A stretch of 64,000 nucleotides of DNA, taken from NCBI GenBank assembly GCA_963677485.1, contig OY781964.1, forward strand, positions 5,088,001-5,152,000, given 5' to 3'. The position numbers and the translations under genes were made by a program. The notes beneath the pieces were generated by a model. It was not told the DNA's origin. It saw nothing but the letters and a program-made list of their open reading frames with translations, and did not search any database. This stretch comes from Armatimonadota bacterium (GTDB lineage Bacteria > Armatimonadota > HRBIN16). Positions 46,830-56,883 of the stretch are shown piece after piece; position 1 is the stretch's first letter; the number at the start of each line of letters is the position of its first letter.

Positions 46830-48159
46830 TTCTTTCCACTTTCTGCGGTGACTCTGTCACACTGCATAGTTCGCCAACAGCAAGTACCGTCCTCAAGGTG
46901 GTGCCAGCTACCACTTGCTCTGCTTGTTTTACAACAACACCATTAGCATAGGTGATGCTAAAACCCCGCTTGAGAATATTGACAGGATCAGCTATTCTCA
47001 AGGTCGTATCCCACTGGGCGATCTGCTGTTTTTGCTGCTTCAACTCGGTGATACTGTTATTTCCCAATGCCGTGCTTAGGGTTCGCAGATGGTAATGATG
47101 ATCACGCAACTTACCTTCACTCGCACGCCGAAGCTCCGATGCATCCCTTGAGAGCATGTGGCCTTTATGAACCAGCATATTTTGGGATGAGTTGACGATA
47201 CGCTGGGCACATACCCCAAGACGATCGTGTTCACTTTCCATTCTGGCGCAGCTAATTCGTTCTAGCCTGTCCGCAACCCCAAGCAACCCGTCGATGAACA
47301 ACTCGGCCCTGCGCACAATGATATCTGCGGCATCAGTTGGTGTCTTAGCCCGCTGGGCCGCTACCAAGTCAAGCACGGTGTTGTCACGTTCATGCCCTAT
47401 GCCGCTAATGACTGGTATACGGCAGCAAGCGACCATTCGGGCAAGAAGCTCATCATCAAACCCGCTCAGATCTGAGACAGCACCTCCCCCACGCACGATG
47501 ACTAAACAGTCAAATTCATCGAAACGGTGCTGCAGTGCGCGAAACGCAGACTCAAATGAAGGGCGTACATCAGCTCCCTGTAAGGCGACTGGGAACAACT
47601 CGACAGTAAACCACGCATGAATCATGCGTTGTTTGAGATGCTTGATGAAGTCTTGATATCCTGCGGCTTGCTCTGAAGAAAAAACTGCGACGCGATGAAA
47701 GACCAGCGGAGCCTCCACCTGGCGGTTTCTATCCAGCAGATCACCCTCTCGCAGGCGTTCAATCACTTCTTGCCGACGCCGGGCAATTTCGCCCATGCTG
47801 TAAGTGGGGTCAATTTGCAGAATTGACAGAGAAAATCCATACTTTTCATGGAATGTCGGGCGAGCCAGCATTAAGATACTCATGCCGGAGCTTAGTGGCT
47901 GCCCAGTGATTTGCTCAAAGGGTGTGATCACCGAAGCTACCTGAGATGACCATATGCTGGCCGAACACTTAGCTGGCTGATCAGTATCTTTCTTCGCGTC
48001 AACCAACTGCAGGTAGTAATGCCCCCTGCGTTCTTGAATCTGACTAATCTCAGCCCTTACCCACAATGCCTCAGGGAAACCATCACGAATGGTCTTTTTG
48101 ACAAGTGCCAGACACTCTTCGAGACCGATCCCTATAGATTCCATATCATCCTTGTCCAT
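46813..48159 (-). CDS. xseA: Exodeoxyribonuclease VII large subunit
   Basis: WVRAEIS..GHYYLQL OB fold, VRGGGA..DL..FD, SGIGHERD, TPT, LKRGFSI. Confidence 0.95.
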   Translation of the reverse strand: MDKDDMESIGIGLEECLALVKKTIRDGFPEALWVRAEISQIQERRGHYYLQLVDAKKDTDQPAKCSASIWSSQVASVITPFEQITGQPLSSGMSILMLARPTFHEKYGFSLSILQIDPTYSMGEIARRRQEVIERLREGDLLDRNRQVEAPLVFHRVAVFSSEQAAGYQDFIKHLKQRMIHAWFTVELFPVALQGADVRPSFESAFRALQHRFDEFDCLVIVRGGGAVSDLSGFDDELLARMVACCRIPVISGIGHERDNTVLDLVAAQRAKTPTDAADIIVRRAELFIDGLLGVADRLERISCARMESEHDRLGVCAQRIVNSSQNMLVHKGHMLSRDASELRRASEGKLRDHHYHLRTLSTALGNNSITELKQQKQQIAQWDTTLRIADPVNILKRGFSITYANGVVVKQAEQVVAGTTLRTVLAVGELCSVTESPQKVERNAKEN

Positions 48160-48240
48160 GTATCACCTTACGAATCTCAACGCGCCCTATCGGCTTAGTA
48201 TACCAATAGGACGCGGGTGACATGCTGATCGAATAAGAGG

Positions 48241-48756
48241 TTAGCGAACCACTTCCCGCTTGACTTCCTCATCACCAAGGTCGATGAACTCGTCGGCCTG
48301 GCGTCGCAACTCATCGGCGATCATCGGAGATGCTGTCTTCAAGGTGCTTACAACAGCCACTCGAACACCCTTCATCTGGACAGCTTCAACCAGTCTTCGG
48401 AAGTCGCCATCACCGCTAAACAACACAACACGATCTACATTATCTGAAATGAGAAGCATGTCGATTGCCAGTTCGATATCCATATTACCTTTGGTTTCGT
48501 ATTGAACCGTGGTAGGATTGTAATATCTTTTCTGCGGCTTAGTCACAACCGAATAGCCGTTGTACTGCAAGTAGTCGAGGAAACTCAGCATCGGATCGAA
48601 TTCGCCTTCACGCCGTGATGCGTAGTAAAATGCACGCAACAGTCGGCCGGTGCGAGTAAAATAGCGAAGCAGCTTTCCAAAGTCAACATCCCAACCCAAC
48701 TGTTGCATAGTATATGTCAGGTTCGGCCCGTCAATAAATAGCGCGATCTTTTCCAT
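48241..48756 (-). CDS. NYN/LabA (PIN-like) domain protein
   Basis: FIDGPNL, KGNMDIELAID, FSGDGDF, LRRQADEFIDL. Confidence 0.93.
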   Translation of the reverse strand: MEKIALFIDGPNLTYTMQQLGWDVDFGKLLRYFTRTGRLLRAFYYASRREGEFDPMLSFLDYLQYNGYSVVTKPQKRYYNPTTVQYETKGNMDIELAIDMLLISDNVDRVVLFSGDGDFRRLVEAVQMKGVRVAVVSTLKTASPMIADELRRQADEFIDLGDEEVKREVVR

Positions 48757-48835
48757 GGCTTAATGCCCTGCCTTTCGTTTAGTCGGATCGCCTTAGCACC
48801 AATCCCACATTAGGTCCCAAGGTTATGACATGCGG

Positions 48836-49579
48836 TTAGCGAGTTACTGTGTAGTCTTCATCTATCGGCAACGACGCGAGAACATCCTTGGCATTGAGCC
48901 TATCGTGTACAGGTTCGTCGCTGATAATCTTACCATCTCGAAAAACAACTCTCCTTTTTGCATGCATGGAAATATCCATATCGTGTGTCACCAGCACGAT
49001 TGTTTTCCCTGCGTCATTTAACTCTTGAAATAACTGCATAATTTCTTCACCGTTACGGCTGTCCAGGTTGCCTGTCGGCTCATCAGCCAAAATGACAGGA
49101 GGGTCGTTGACCAGTGCACGTGCTATGGCAACTCTTTGTTGTTGCCCACCAGACAGCTCATTTGAGTGATGATCTTTCCGGTCAAGCAACCCTACTTTGG
49201 CCAAGGCACTCAAAGCACTTTGATGCCTCTGTTTGCTTTTTGGATCGTACATCAACGGCAACTCAACATTTTTTAATGCCGTTGTTCGTGGTAAAAGGCT
49301 AAATTGTTGAAATACGAAACCCAGAGTTCGGTTTCGCAGACTGGCTAGTTCGTCATCATTCAGCGTACTGATGTCAATTCCATCCAGTTGGTAATCGCCC
49401 TGGTCTGGTGTATCAAGACATCCCACCATATTCATGAAAGTCGATTTACCTGAACCTGATGGACCCATAATGGCCAGGAATTCCCCTTTATCTACCTGCA
49501 GCGACACTCCCCGTAAAGCGTGGACTGTCGTATCGCCCATCTGGTAGGTTTTGTGAACCCCTTTCATTTCAACTAGCAT
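48836..49579 (-). CDS. MacB/LolD-type ABC ATPase (no adjacent permease)
   Basis: [40 protein letters not shown]. Confidence 0.93.
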   Translation of the reverse strand: MLVEMKGVHKTYQMGDTTVHALRGVSLQVDKGEFLAIMGPSGSGKSTFMNMVGCLDTPDQGDYQLDGIDISTLNDDELASLRNRTLGFVFQQFSLLPRTTALKNVELPLMYDPKSKQRHQSALSALAKVGLLDRKDHHSNELSGGQQQRVAIARALVNDPPVILADEPTGNLDSRNGEEIMQLFQELNDAGKTIVLVTHDMDISMHAKRRVVFRDGKIISDEPVHDRLNAKDVLASLPIDEDYTVTR

Positions 49580-50771
49580 TCCGCTTCATCTCCACTTCGT
49601 TAATTAACTGTTTCACAGGAGCGATCAATTTCTGGTATTCCACAAGGAATGCATCATGGCCATATGCGGAATCGACTTCAACATAGGTTACATCTCTCCC
49701 TTGTTTCTTAAGTATGTCATGAACTTCCATCATACTGTACGGGGGAAATAGGTAATCTGAACGAATTGCTAATAATAAAACCTTCGATTTGATCTGCGAC
49801 AAGGCTTCTTCCATACTGGTATAGCCTCTGCTTATGTCATGCAGGTCGCAAGCTTTAGTTAGGTACAAGTAACTATTGGGGTCAAAATCCCGCTTAAGTA
49901 GCTTGTCGCCCTCTTCATGCAGGTAGCGTTCCACGTCAAATCGCGCGTGAAGGTCGTATTCTAACGCCGATTCCTGGCTTGCCCGTTTGCGTCCGAATAC
50001 ACTCTGCATGATCTCGTCAGATAGATAGGTAATGGTGCCTATCATTCTAGCAAGCGCCATTCCACCTGTTGGCGTGCTCTTATCCCGCCAGTACTCGCCG
50101 CGTTTCCAGGCAGGGTCTAGCATAATGGCCCGCCGCATCACTTCGTCATATGCGATGGCCTGGGCCGATAACCGTGCACTAGATGCAACAGGACAGACAG
50201 CCTCTACAATGTCGGGATACATCACAGCCCATTCATATGCCTGCATACCACCCATACTGCCGCCAGTCACCAAAGCCAGCTTCTTGACACACAGATGATC
50301 AAGCAGCACCTTCTGGCTGCGAACCATATCACGAATGGTCACTATCGGGAAGCTCATGCCGTACGGCTCCCCTGTTTCAGGACAGATCGATGCAGGCCCG
50401 GTGCTGCCCCGGCAACTCCCTAATACATTAGGTGCCACCACGAAATAGCGATCGGTATCGATCACCTTACCTGGGCCGATCATTCCATCCCAATAACCTA
50501 CGGTTTTGTTGTATGGAGCATACTTGCCTGCAGCGTGTGAACTACCGGTAAGCCCATGGAGAACGAGAATGGCGTTATCACCCTTCTCGTTAAGAGTTCC
50601 GTATGTTTCGTATGCGACATCAATATGACTGATAGTTTGGCCGTTTTCAAATACAAACGGATTTTCCGGACTACCGTACGAAAAAACTTGTTTTGCGATA
50701 TCTTGACCAACATTGGCGACATTCGCGTCATTCTGTACTTCTACAAGATACGAAGCTGACTCTGTGCTCAA
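49569..50771 (-). CDS. metX: Homoserine O-acyltransferase
   Basis: [40 protein letters not shown]. Confidence 0.95.
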   Translation of the reverse strand: MSTESASYLVEVQNDANVANVGQDIAKQVFSYGSPENPFVFENGQTISHIDVAYETYGTLNEKGDNAILVLHGLTGSSHAAGKYAPYNKTVGYWDGMIGPGKVIDTDRYFVVAPNVLGSCRGSTGPASICPETGEPYGMSFPIVTIRDMVRSQKVLLDHLCVKKLALVTGGSMGGMQAYEWAVMYPDIVEAVCPVASSARLSAQAIAYDEVMRRAIMLDPAWKRGEYWRDKSTPTGGMALARMIGTITYLSDEIMQSVFGRKRASQESALEYDLHARFDVERYLHEEGDKLLKRDFDPNSYLYLTKACDLHDISRGYTSMEEALSQIKSKVLLLAIRSDYLFPPYSMMEVHDILKKQGRDVTYVEVDSAYGHDAFLVEYQKLIAPVKQLINEVEMKRNAS

Positions 50772-51046
50772 TTAATAACCCACTCCTGCGCACCATCAAA
50801 TCCCAAAGCGTTCACATCAACTCCAGAATTACGAAGGTAGTCTAGTGCTCTAAACAAGTTTTCCTGTAAGCCCTCAAGCTCCATAAATACATAGCCGCCG
50901 GACTTAGGATCAATATTCGCTTTTCGGATATTCGGTATTAGGTCATAGTCCTTCACAAGATGGTATACGATAGGTTCGGTCACCATTTGTAAGGGAAACT
51001 GTAACTGTATGCGTATTTTGACGCGAGGGCCGGACTGATCCTCCAT
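50768..51046 (-). CDS. Stand-alone NIL domain protein
   Basis: LQFP..VTEPIVYHLVKDYDLIPNIRKANI...MELEG..ALDYLR..GV. Confidence 0.85.
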   Translation of the reverse strand: MEDQSGPRVKIRIQLQFPLQMVTEPIVYHLVKDYDLIPNIRKANIDPKSGGYVFMELEGLQENLFRALDYLRNSGVDVNALGFDGAQEWVIN

Positions 51047-51684
51047 GAAGGGTGCTCCTAATCCTCATTTATACCAATATTATATGGTATTTTATAAAGC
51101 TTTCTTAATTATACAGAATTTCCATCAATGCCACATCGAAATGTACATTATATTTTACAGACGTGTGATATTTATATGGATAACACGCTATTTTCACGCT
51201 TGATGATAGCATAAATATCTTTTATACCATTGCTGTCCGCTCCATCGTAGTGCAGTCTGGTATTCGTTATCATACCGTTGAACATGCCACACAACACCAA
51301 CCACGGTCTGTCACGTGCATAACAATTATTCAGTATCAGTACAATTTGACGACATCTAGACCACGGTGTTACGCTTTACCTTATACCCGTTTGTGTCGAA
51401 CTCACCTCATTATATGTACAGAATATATAAGTTTCGGTGGCACATAATCAAGCACTCCGTTAGAATAGACTTGATAATGTATAGATTTAGCCCAGCAATG
51501 GTAACACGCATCTATGCACAAACTAATCTGTAACATAATCAGATCAATCACCCGTATAGGGATTGTAGCGGCTCTCAGCTTTACGGCCACCATGGTTTCT
51601 CAATGCTAGAAAGACATGCAAGCTGCTGCTCAATCACACGATGTTGTTATGTAGACTACGGTTCCAGGAGGGTCTCAGAAAGCC

Positions 51685-52623
51685 ATGCAAACCCGACGGT
51701 TGCGCTATTATCTTGTTTTCGCCACGTTGTTCCTATTCACAATGGCCACTCACGCCCAGTCACAAAGCTATGCGCTAAAGACAGATGACATCATCATGAT
51801 CAACATCATAGAGGATTCTAACCTGTCTCGCGAAACGGCGGTGTCGATGGACGGAACCATCAACATGCCAGTAATCGGTTCTATCCAGGTCGCGGGTATG
51901 ACTCTTGCTCAGGTAGCAGAAGAGGTGCGTAAAGCTCTGGTAGACGCGCAGTACTTGAAGAACCCTCATGTAGGCGTAGTGCTGCGACAGCTGAATAAAC
52001 CTCGCGTCAGCGTGCTCGGCATGGTCATGAGACCTGGTTCGTTTGAGTTCAAGCCAGGCGAAACCATTATGCATGCTGTATCAATGGCAGGTAGCTTTGA
52101 TGTAGAACGAGCAGGCCTGCAAAATGCTGTTCTACGCCGTAAAGGTAAAGATGGCACGACAGAAGTGATCAAGATCGACCTAAATGCTCTCTTCGTGAAT
52201 GGTGACATGACCCAGAACTATGAGTTGATGCCGGAAGATATCATCTTCATCCCTGAAGATACGCAGAATAAAATCTACGTTTTGGGAAAAGTGATGCGCC
52301 CCGGCGTGTATGTTTGGAAAAGCAATATGACTATTCTGAATGCTCTGAACCAGGCCGGCGGTCAAAGAGATGAAGGTACCCTGAGCAAAGTCTATGTCAT
52401 CCGCCCTGATAAAGCCAATCCTGAGAAGCCAAACCGCATTGAGGTCAACCTTCTTAAGCTGATAGATAAAGGTGATTCCACACAGGACATCAAACTTGTG
52501 GCTGGAGACACCCTATACATACCCAAGGTTAACAGGCCTAACTGGAATGAAATCTACCAGACGCTGGCTACTGTAGCTATTGCTAGAAACACGTTCCTTA
52601 ACAAAGACTTCTACAAATATTAA
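51685..52623 (+). CDS. Polysaccharide export protein (Poly_export + SLBB; Wza-like)
   Basis: Signal peptide. DGTINMPVIG.I.VAGMT and two SLBB repeats (V.V.G.V.RPG). Confidence 0.88.
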   Translation: MQTRRLRYYLVFATLFLFTMATHAQSQSYALKTDDIIMINIIEDSNLSRETAVSMDGTINMPVIGSIQVAGMTLAQVAEEVRKALVDAQYLKNPHVGVVLRQLNKPRVSVLGMVMRPGSFEFKPGETIMHAVSMAGSFDVERAGLQNAVLRRKGKDGTTEVIKIDLNALFVNGDMTQNYELMPEDIIFIPEDTQNKIYVLGKVMRPGVYVWKSNMTILNALNQAGGQRDEGTLSKVYVIRPDKANPEKPNRIEVNLLKLIDKGDSTQDIKLVAGDTLYIPKVNRPNWNEIYQTLATVAIARNTFLNKDFYKY

Positions 52624-52658
52624 AATACCAACATCGATCATCATAGAGAGGCATAATC

Positions 52659-54794
52659 GTGGAGTTCTGGAAATATTACGCTATTCTGAAGCGACGCTGG
52701 TTACTCATAGCAGTGATCTCACTTGTAGTGACAGTTGCAGTGGCATTCACTCAATGGCGACGTCCTACTGAATACCAGATTGACGCGCAATTAAAAGAGC
52801 TCCCAGCCGTTGCTGAGGGATCGACTATGTTATTCCCCGCCCAAATGTCGGTTGGAGCTGAAACGCTGCTTCGCATGGGTAACCTGCAGCGCATAGTGAA
52901 ATCAGATCAAGTGATGAAGGATCTCTACGAAAACATCCAATTAGATGGTCCTTCGCGCCTGCAAGAAGTACTCAGCAAGGCCCGCGAACCTATTGTTACC
53001 TTAAGCTCTTGGTACAAGGTTGATTTAGCCCCTAACTCGCAATTCGTGATTGTCTCGGCAACGGGTCAGTCTGCTGATGAGGTAGGATGGCTTTCTCAAT
53101 CGATCATCACCGGTGTTATCCGACGATACAATGCCCTTAACCAGGAGGGCAACCGGTCAGATCGTGCTCGCCTTGAGAATGAGTTACTTCCTGCAGCAGA
53201 AAAGCAGCTCAAGCAGCGTCGGCTGGAGCTTTCCAAGTTCAAGCAAGCTGCGAATGTCGATGGCGATGGCACCGCCATTTCATCGGCGTTACTGCAGAGA
53301 GCATCACAGTACCAAAACGACTATGACAAATCATTAGTCGCAATGCAAGAAGCAGCCGCACGAAAAAAGACGGCACTGCAGATACTACAAAAGAAATACG
53401 CGAATACTGAGTACGTCGAAGTGCAGAATGTCATGACTGCCAACCCTATCATCCAGGCATTGACTACCGATGTGCTTAGGGCTGAAGCAGACCTCAATAA
53501 ACAGCTTGAGGTGAAGGCCGAGAAGCATCCCGATGTCATCGCCTTACGTGCCCAGATTGCGAACCTTCGCAAGTCAATCTCCAATGAATCAACTCAGATA
53601 TTGAACAGCCAGACCAAGGGACGGAACCCACTTCGCGATACCGCGATATCAACCATTATCAACGCTGATCTTGACTACCAATCAGCTTCCAAACGATACG
53701 CCGCTTTGAGTAAGCCTCTCAAGGAAGTTCAGGCTCAGATGAACAAGGTTCCTGAGGTTGAGCGAAAACTGGCTGAGCTTCAACTCGCAGTTCAAGTTTC
53801 AGAAACCAGTTATGGTTCGCTATTAGGCAAGGTTGATGAAGCCAAAGCACGTGAGTTTGGTGCTCAGATGCCTAAACTGATCATCGCAGACCCTGGGTTC
53901 CCGAAAGTCGCACCGCGACCTTGGAAGATATACGCGATGCTGGCGTTCGTACTTTGCGTGTTACTGACAGGTGCATTCACTCTCATGATCGGTCAGATAG
54001 ACACCACAGTCCGAACCGCTGAAGATGCAGAGAACCTGTTAAAAGCTCCTGTGTTTGCCTTGATACCTCAAGTGAAGCACAGTATGCTCTCCAGTAACCT
54101 GGGCCCCAGCCAGATGGCAGCATCATGCCAGATACTAAGCACTAATGTATGGTTCGCGAGAAGCCAGATGCAAACAGGCGCCGTCATGGTCGCTAGTGCT
54201 GATCCCAACTCTGGCCGAAGTACCACATCAGCCAACCTGGCTCTATCCCTTGCACGGGATGGTGCTAATGTTATTTTAGTTGACTGCGATATGCGCCAGC
54301 CAGCGTTACACAAGCTGTTTGGGGTTGATAACAAAGTTGGCTTGGGTGACTACTTGAATGGCAGCAGCCTTCTTCAGGAGATTGTCACTGTCACATCCCA
54401 GGATCAGCTTCTGCTGATTACAGCCGGTGCCCACCGCGATAACCCGGTTAGAGCTTTGATGTCGCAAAAGATGGCGGACTTTGTCGATTATTGCACACAA
54501 AATGCTGATTTTGTGATCTTTGACAGTCCGGCTGGTATGCTCTTTGCTGACGCCATGGCTCTCGCAGGGCTTGTTAAGAGCGTGGTGCTGGTCCAACCCG
54601 CAGGTAAGCCTGCATCTGGGCAGGAGCGCGAATTCTCGGATCGGTTGAAAAGCATCGGAGCCAATATCATTGGTGTGGTCGTAAACCGCGTGAAACCAGC
54701 GGATGACCCAGCAGCTAAGGCTTACAGACGATCCTATTCCCAAAACGAATCTAAGGGTAACACCTCGGTCACAAAAGCACTCCCAGGTAAATGA
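52659..54794 (+). CDS. Wzc-like polysaccharide co-polymerase / BY-kinase domain protein
   Basis: Two TMs flanking a coiled-coil periplasmic domain (HPDV). Cytoplasmic P-loop domain (ILVDCDMR, IFDSP). Confidence 0.88.
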   Translation: MEFWKYYAILKRRWLLIAVISLVVTVAVAFTQWRRPTEYQIDAQLKELPAVAEGSTMLFPAQMSVGAETLLRMGNLQRIVKSDQVMKDLYENIQLDGPSRLQEVLSKAREPIVTLSSWYKVDLAPNSQFVIVSATGQSADEVGWLSQSIITGVIRRYNALNQEGNRSDRARLENELLPAAEKQLKQRRLELSKFKQAANVDGDGTAISSALLQRASQYQNDYDKSLVAMQEAAARKKTALQILQKKYANTEYVEVQNVMTANPIIQALTTDVLRAEADLNKQLEVKAEKHPDVIALRAQIANLRKSISNESTQILNSQTKGRNPLRDTAISTIINADLDYQSASKRYAALSKPLKEVQAQMNKVPEVERKLAELQLAVQVSETSYGSLLGKVDEAKAREFGAQMPKLIIADPGFPKVAPRPWKIYAMLAFVLCVLLTGAFTLMIGQIDTTVRTAEDAENLLKAPVFALIPQVKHSMLSSNLGPSQMAASCQILSTNVWFARSQMQTGAVMVASADPNSGRSTTSANLALSLARDGANVILVDCDMRQPALHKLFGVDNKVGLGDYLNGSSLLQEIVTVTSQDQLLLITAGAHRDNPVRALMSQKMADFVDYCTQNADFVIFDSPAGMLFADAMALAGLVKSVVLVQPAGKPASGQEREFSDRLKSIGANIIGVVVNRVKPADDPAAKAYRRSYSQNESKGNTSVTKALPGK

Positions 54795-54809
54795 GTGTAG
54801 TTCAATCCT

Positions 54810-55487
54810 ATGTGTCACAACGCTAGTTATAGGGGGGAGACAAAACTCCCCCCATCGGTCAGCGTTCCTGTGAAGCTCATACGAACCAGCTACCATGTAG
54901 CCAAACGGCTTTTGGATGTTGTCGGCGCATTGGCTGGGTTACTGATACTGGTTCCTCTCACACTGTTCGTCGCCATCGCCATCCGTCTTGATACTCCCGG
55001 GCCCATTTTATTCAAACAAACACGTGTTGGATTAGGTGGACGCCCGTTTTCCTGCTGGAAGTTCCGAAGCATGATCGTCAAAGCAGAATCGATCAAGGAC
55101 GAATTGTTGCACCTGAACGAATCCTCCGGTCCTGCGTTTAAAATCACTGACGACCCACGAATTACGAAAGTGGGTAGGGTCATTCGTCGATACAGTATTG
55201 ACGAAATGCCTCAGGTCATCAATGTTTTGGAAGGCTCCATGTCGCTAGTTGGCCCACGCCCCCCGCTTCCTGGGGAAGTCTCACAATACACTGAAGACCA
55301 ACTCTTTCGCCTAAGTGTCAAACCTGGTCTTACCTGCCTTTGGCAGATCAGCGGCCGTAGCGATATCAGTTTTGATGAATGGATGAAGCTAGACGAAATC
55401 TACGTCAAGACCATGAGCTTCTGGACAGACCTGAAGATCATCTTCCACACAATCCCAGCCGTATTATCTGGCAGAGGAGCAAAGTAA
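54810..55487 (+). CDS. Priming phosphoglycosyl transferase (Bac_transf)
   Basis: KRLLDV, KFRSM, DPRITKVG..IRRYSIDEMPQ, MSLVGPRP, KPGLTCLWQ. Confidence 0.93.
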   Translation: MCHNASYRGETKLPPSVSVPVKLIRTSYHVAKRLLDVVGALAGLLILVPLTLFVAIAIRLDTPGPILFKQTRVGLGGRPFSCWKFRSMIVKAESIKDELLHLNESSGPAFKITDDPRITKVGRVIRRYSIDEMPQVINVLEGSMSLVGPRPPLPGEVSQYTEDQLFRLSVKPGLTCLWQISGRSDISFDEWMKLDEIYVKTMSFWTDLKIIFHTIPAVLSGRGAK

Positions 55488-55492
55488 TACTG

Positions 55493-56353
55493 ATGCGCCT
55501 CATACTTAAAGCATTACGAGTTAAGCAGTGGACCAAGAACCTGCTTCTGTTTGTAGCGATTCTGTTTGCAGGTCAGTTTACAGACACTCATAAGTTAGGC
55601 AACGTCTGTGTGGGACTGCTCTCTTTTTGCCTCCTAAGCAGTGTGGTTTATATCATCAACGACATATCCGACCGTGAGCAGGATAGGTTGCATCCCACGA
55701 AACGACTAAGGCCGTTCGCCAGTGGTGCTCTCAGCCTATCTACAGGCTATCTGCTGGCCGGATTATGTTTCGTGGTGTCTATGTTCATCGGGTGGACCGT
55801 AAGCTATATGTTCATGGGTGTTGAGGCCATCTACCTTGCACTCTCATTTATCTACAATTTCGGTGGAAAACATGTAGTGATACTAGATATCCTGCTGATC
55901 GCCTCAGGGTTCGTCATGCGCACCTACGCGGGTGCTGTTGCGGCTGATGTGGCCACTACGGGATGGTTGTTCTCATTCGCAATGATGGGAAGCTGCCTGT
56001 TAGGATTCTGCAAGCGCAGATCGGAGATACTGGAGTTGGAGCATATCGCCAGCGACCACAGACCGACGCTGGGCGAATACGATGTCAATCTGCTTGATCA
56101 GTTCATTTCGATCTGTGCATCATCATGTATCATTACCTACGGATTGTATGCCATCATGAGCCCTACGGCAGACCATCACAAGTTGTTGCCATTAACTATA
56201 CCCATCATGCTATATGGCCTTTTTCGATACGTGTATCTTGTGTTTCGTAAAGGTATGGGCGGGAGCCCGGAACTGGTGTTTTTGGAAGACAGGCCTATCA
56301 CAATATCTGTAATATTGTTTACCATCGCGACCATACTTGCGTTTACTATTTAG
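55493..56353 (+). CDS. UbiA-family decaprenyl/undecaprenyl-phosphate phosphoribosyltransferase
   Basis: RVKQWTKNLL, YIINDISDREQDRLHPTKRLRPFASG, KRRSE, GGSPE. Confidence 0.88.
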   Translation: MRLILKALRVKQWTKNLLLFVAILFAGQFTDTHKLGNVCVGLLSFCLLSSVVYIINDISDREQDRLHPTKRLRPFASGALSLSTGYLLAGLCFVVSMFIGWTVSYMFMGVEAIYLALSFIYNFGGKHVVILDILLIASGFVMRTYAGAVAADVATTGWLFSFAMMGSCLLGFCKRRSEILELEHIASDHRPTLGEYDVNLLDQFISICASSCIITYGLYAIMSPTADHHKLLPLTIPIMLYGLFRYVYLVFRKGMGGSPELVFLEDRPITISVILFTIATILAFTI

Positions 56354-56372
56354 AGGAGATGTCAACAGGTTT

Positions 56373-56813
56373 ATGACGAACCCAACCGAGCTACATAAAA
56401 AGCCGATCATCAGGCAGTTTGGGAAATTCGGGCTTGTAGGTGCTGCCAGCACAGTAATAGACTTCGGCATCTACAATCTGCTGATAGAGCTTGCCCATTT
56501 CAATCCCTACACGGCCCATGCGTGCAGCTTTCTAGTTGCTGTGGTCAACAGCTACTACTGGAACAGCCGATGGACTTTTAAGGGCAGACGCAATAGAGAA
56601 GCAGCCCAGGAATTTCACCTGTTCATCATTATCAGCCTGGTAGGTCTTGGTCTCACGGAGGCCATTATCGCAGGTATACTGTTCATCATTCCACAACCCC
56701 ATATATCCATTCATTGGAACGCAGCTAAAGCAATCGCCACCATGGGTGTGGTCATGTGGAACTTCTTTGCCAACCGGCACTGGACCTTTCCTAAGAACGA
56801 TCAACGAAAATGA
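56373..56813 (+). CDS. GtrA-family lipid-linked sugar flippase
   Basis: KFGLVG..T.IDF, NSYYWNSRWTF, WNFFANRHWTF. Confidence 0.9.
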   Translation: MTNPTELHKKPIIRQFGKFGLVGAASTVIDFGIYNLLIELAHFNPYTAHACSFLVAVVNSYYWNSRWTFKGRRNREAAQEFHLFIIISLVGLGLTEAIIAGILFIIPQPHISIHWNAAKAIATMGVVMWNFFANRHWTFPKNDQRK

Positions 56814-56829
56814 AAAGCTAGAAAACATA

Positions 56830-56860
56830 AAGGGCCATCCAGCACTGCTGGATGGCCCTT
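56830..56860. terminator. Hairpin between convergent gtrA and gyrB
   Basis: AAGGGCCATCCAGCA-C-TGCTGGATGGCCCTT, a perfect inverted repeat. Confidence 0.8.
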
Positions 56861-56883
56861 CATTGTTCTGATGTGACTAGTGA

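Noticed and set aside
51047-51400. oriC or SAM riboswitch in the AT-rich gap upstream of NIL-metX
   Set aside because: Only degenerate DnaA-like 9-mers, and no SAM-I core motifs on the minus strand.
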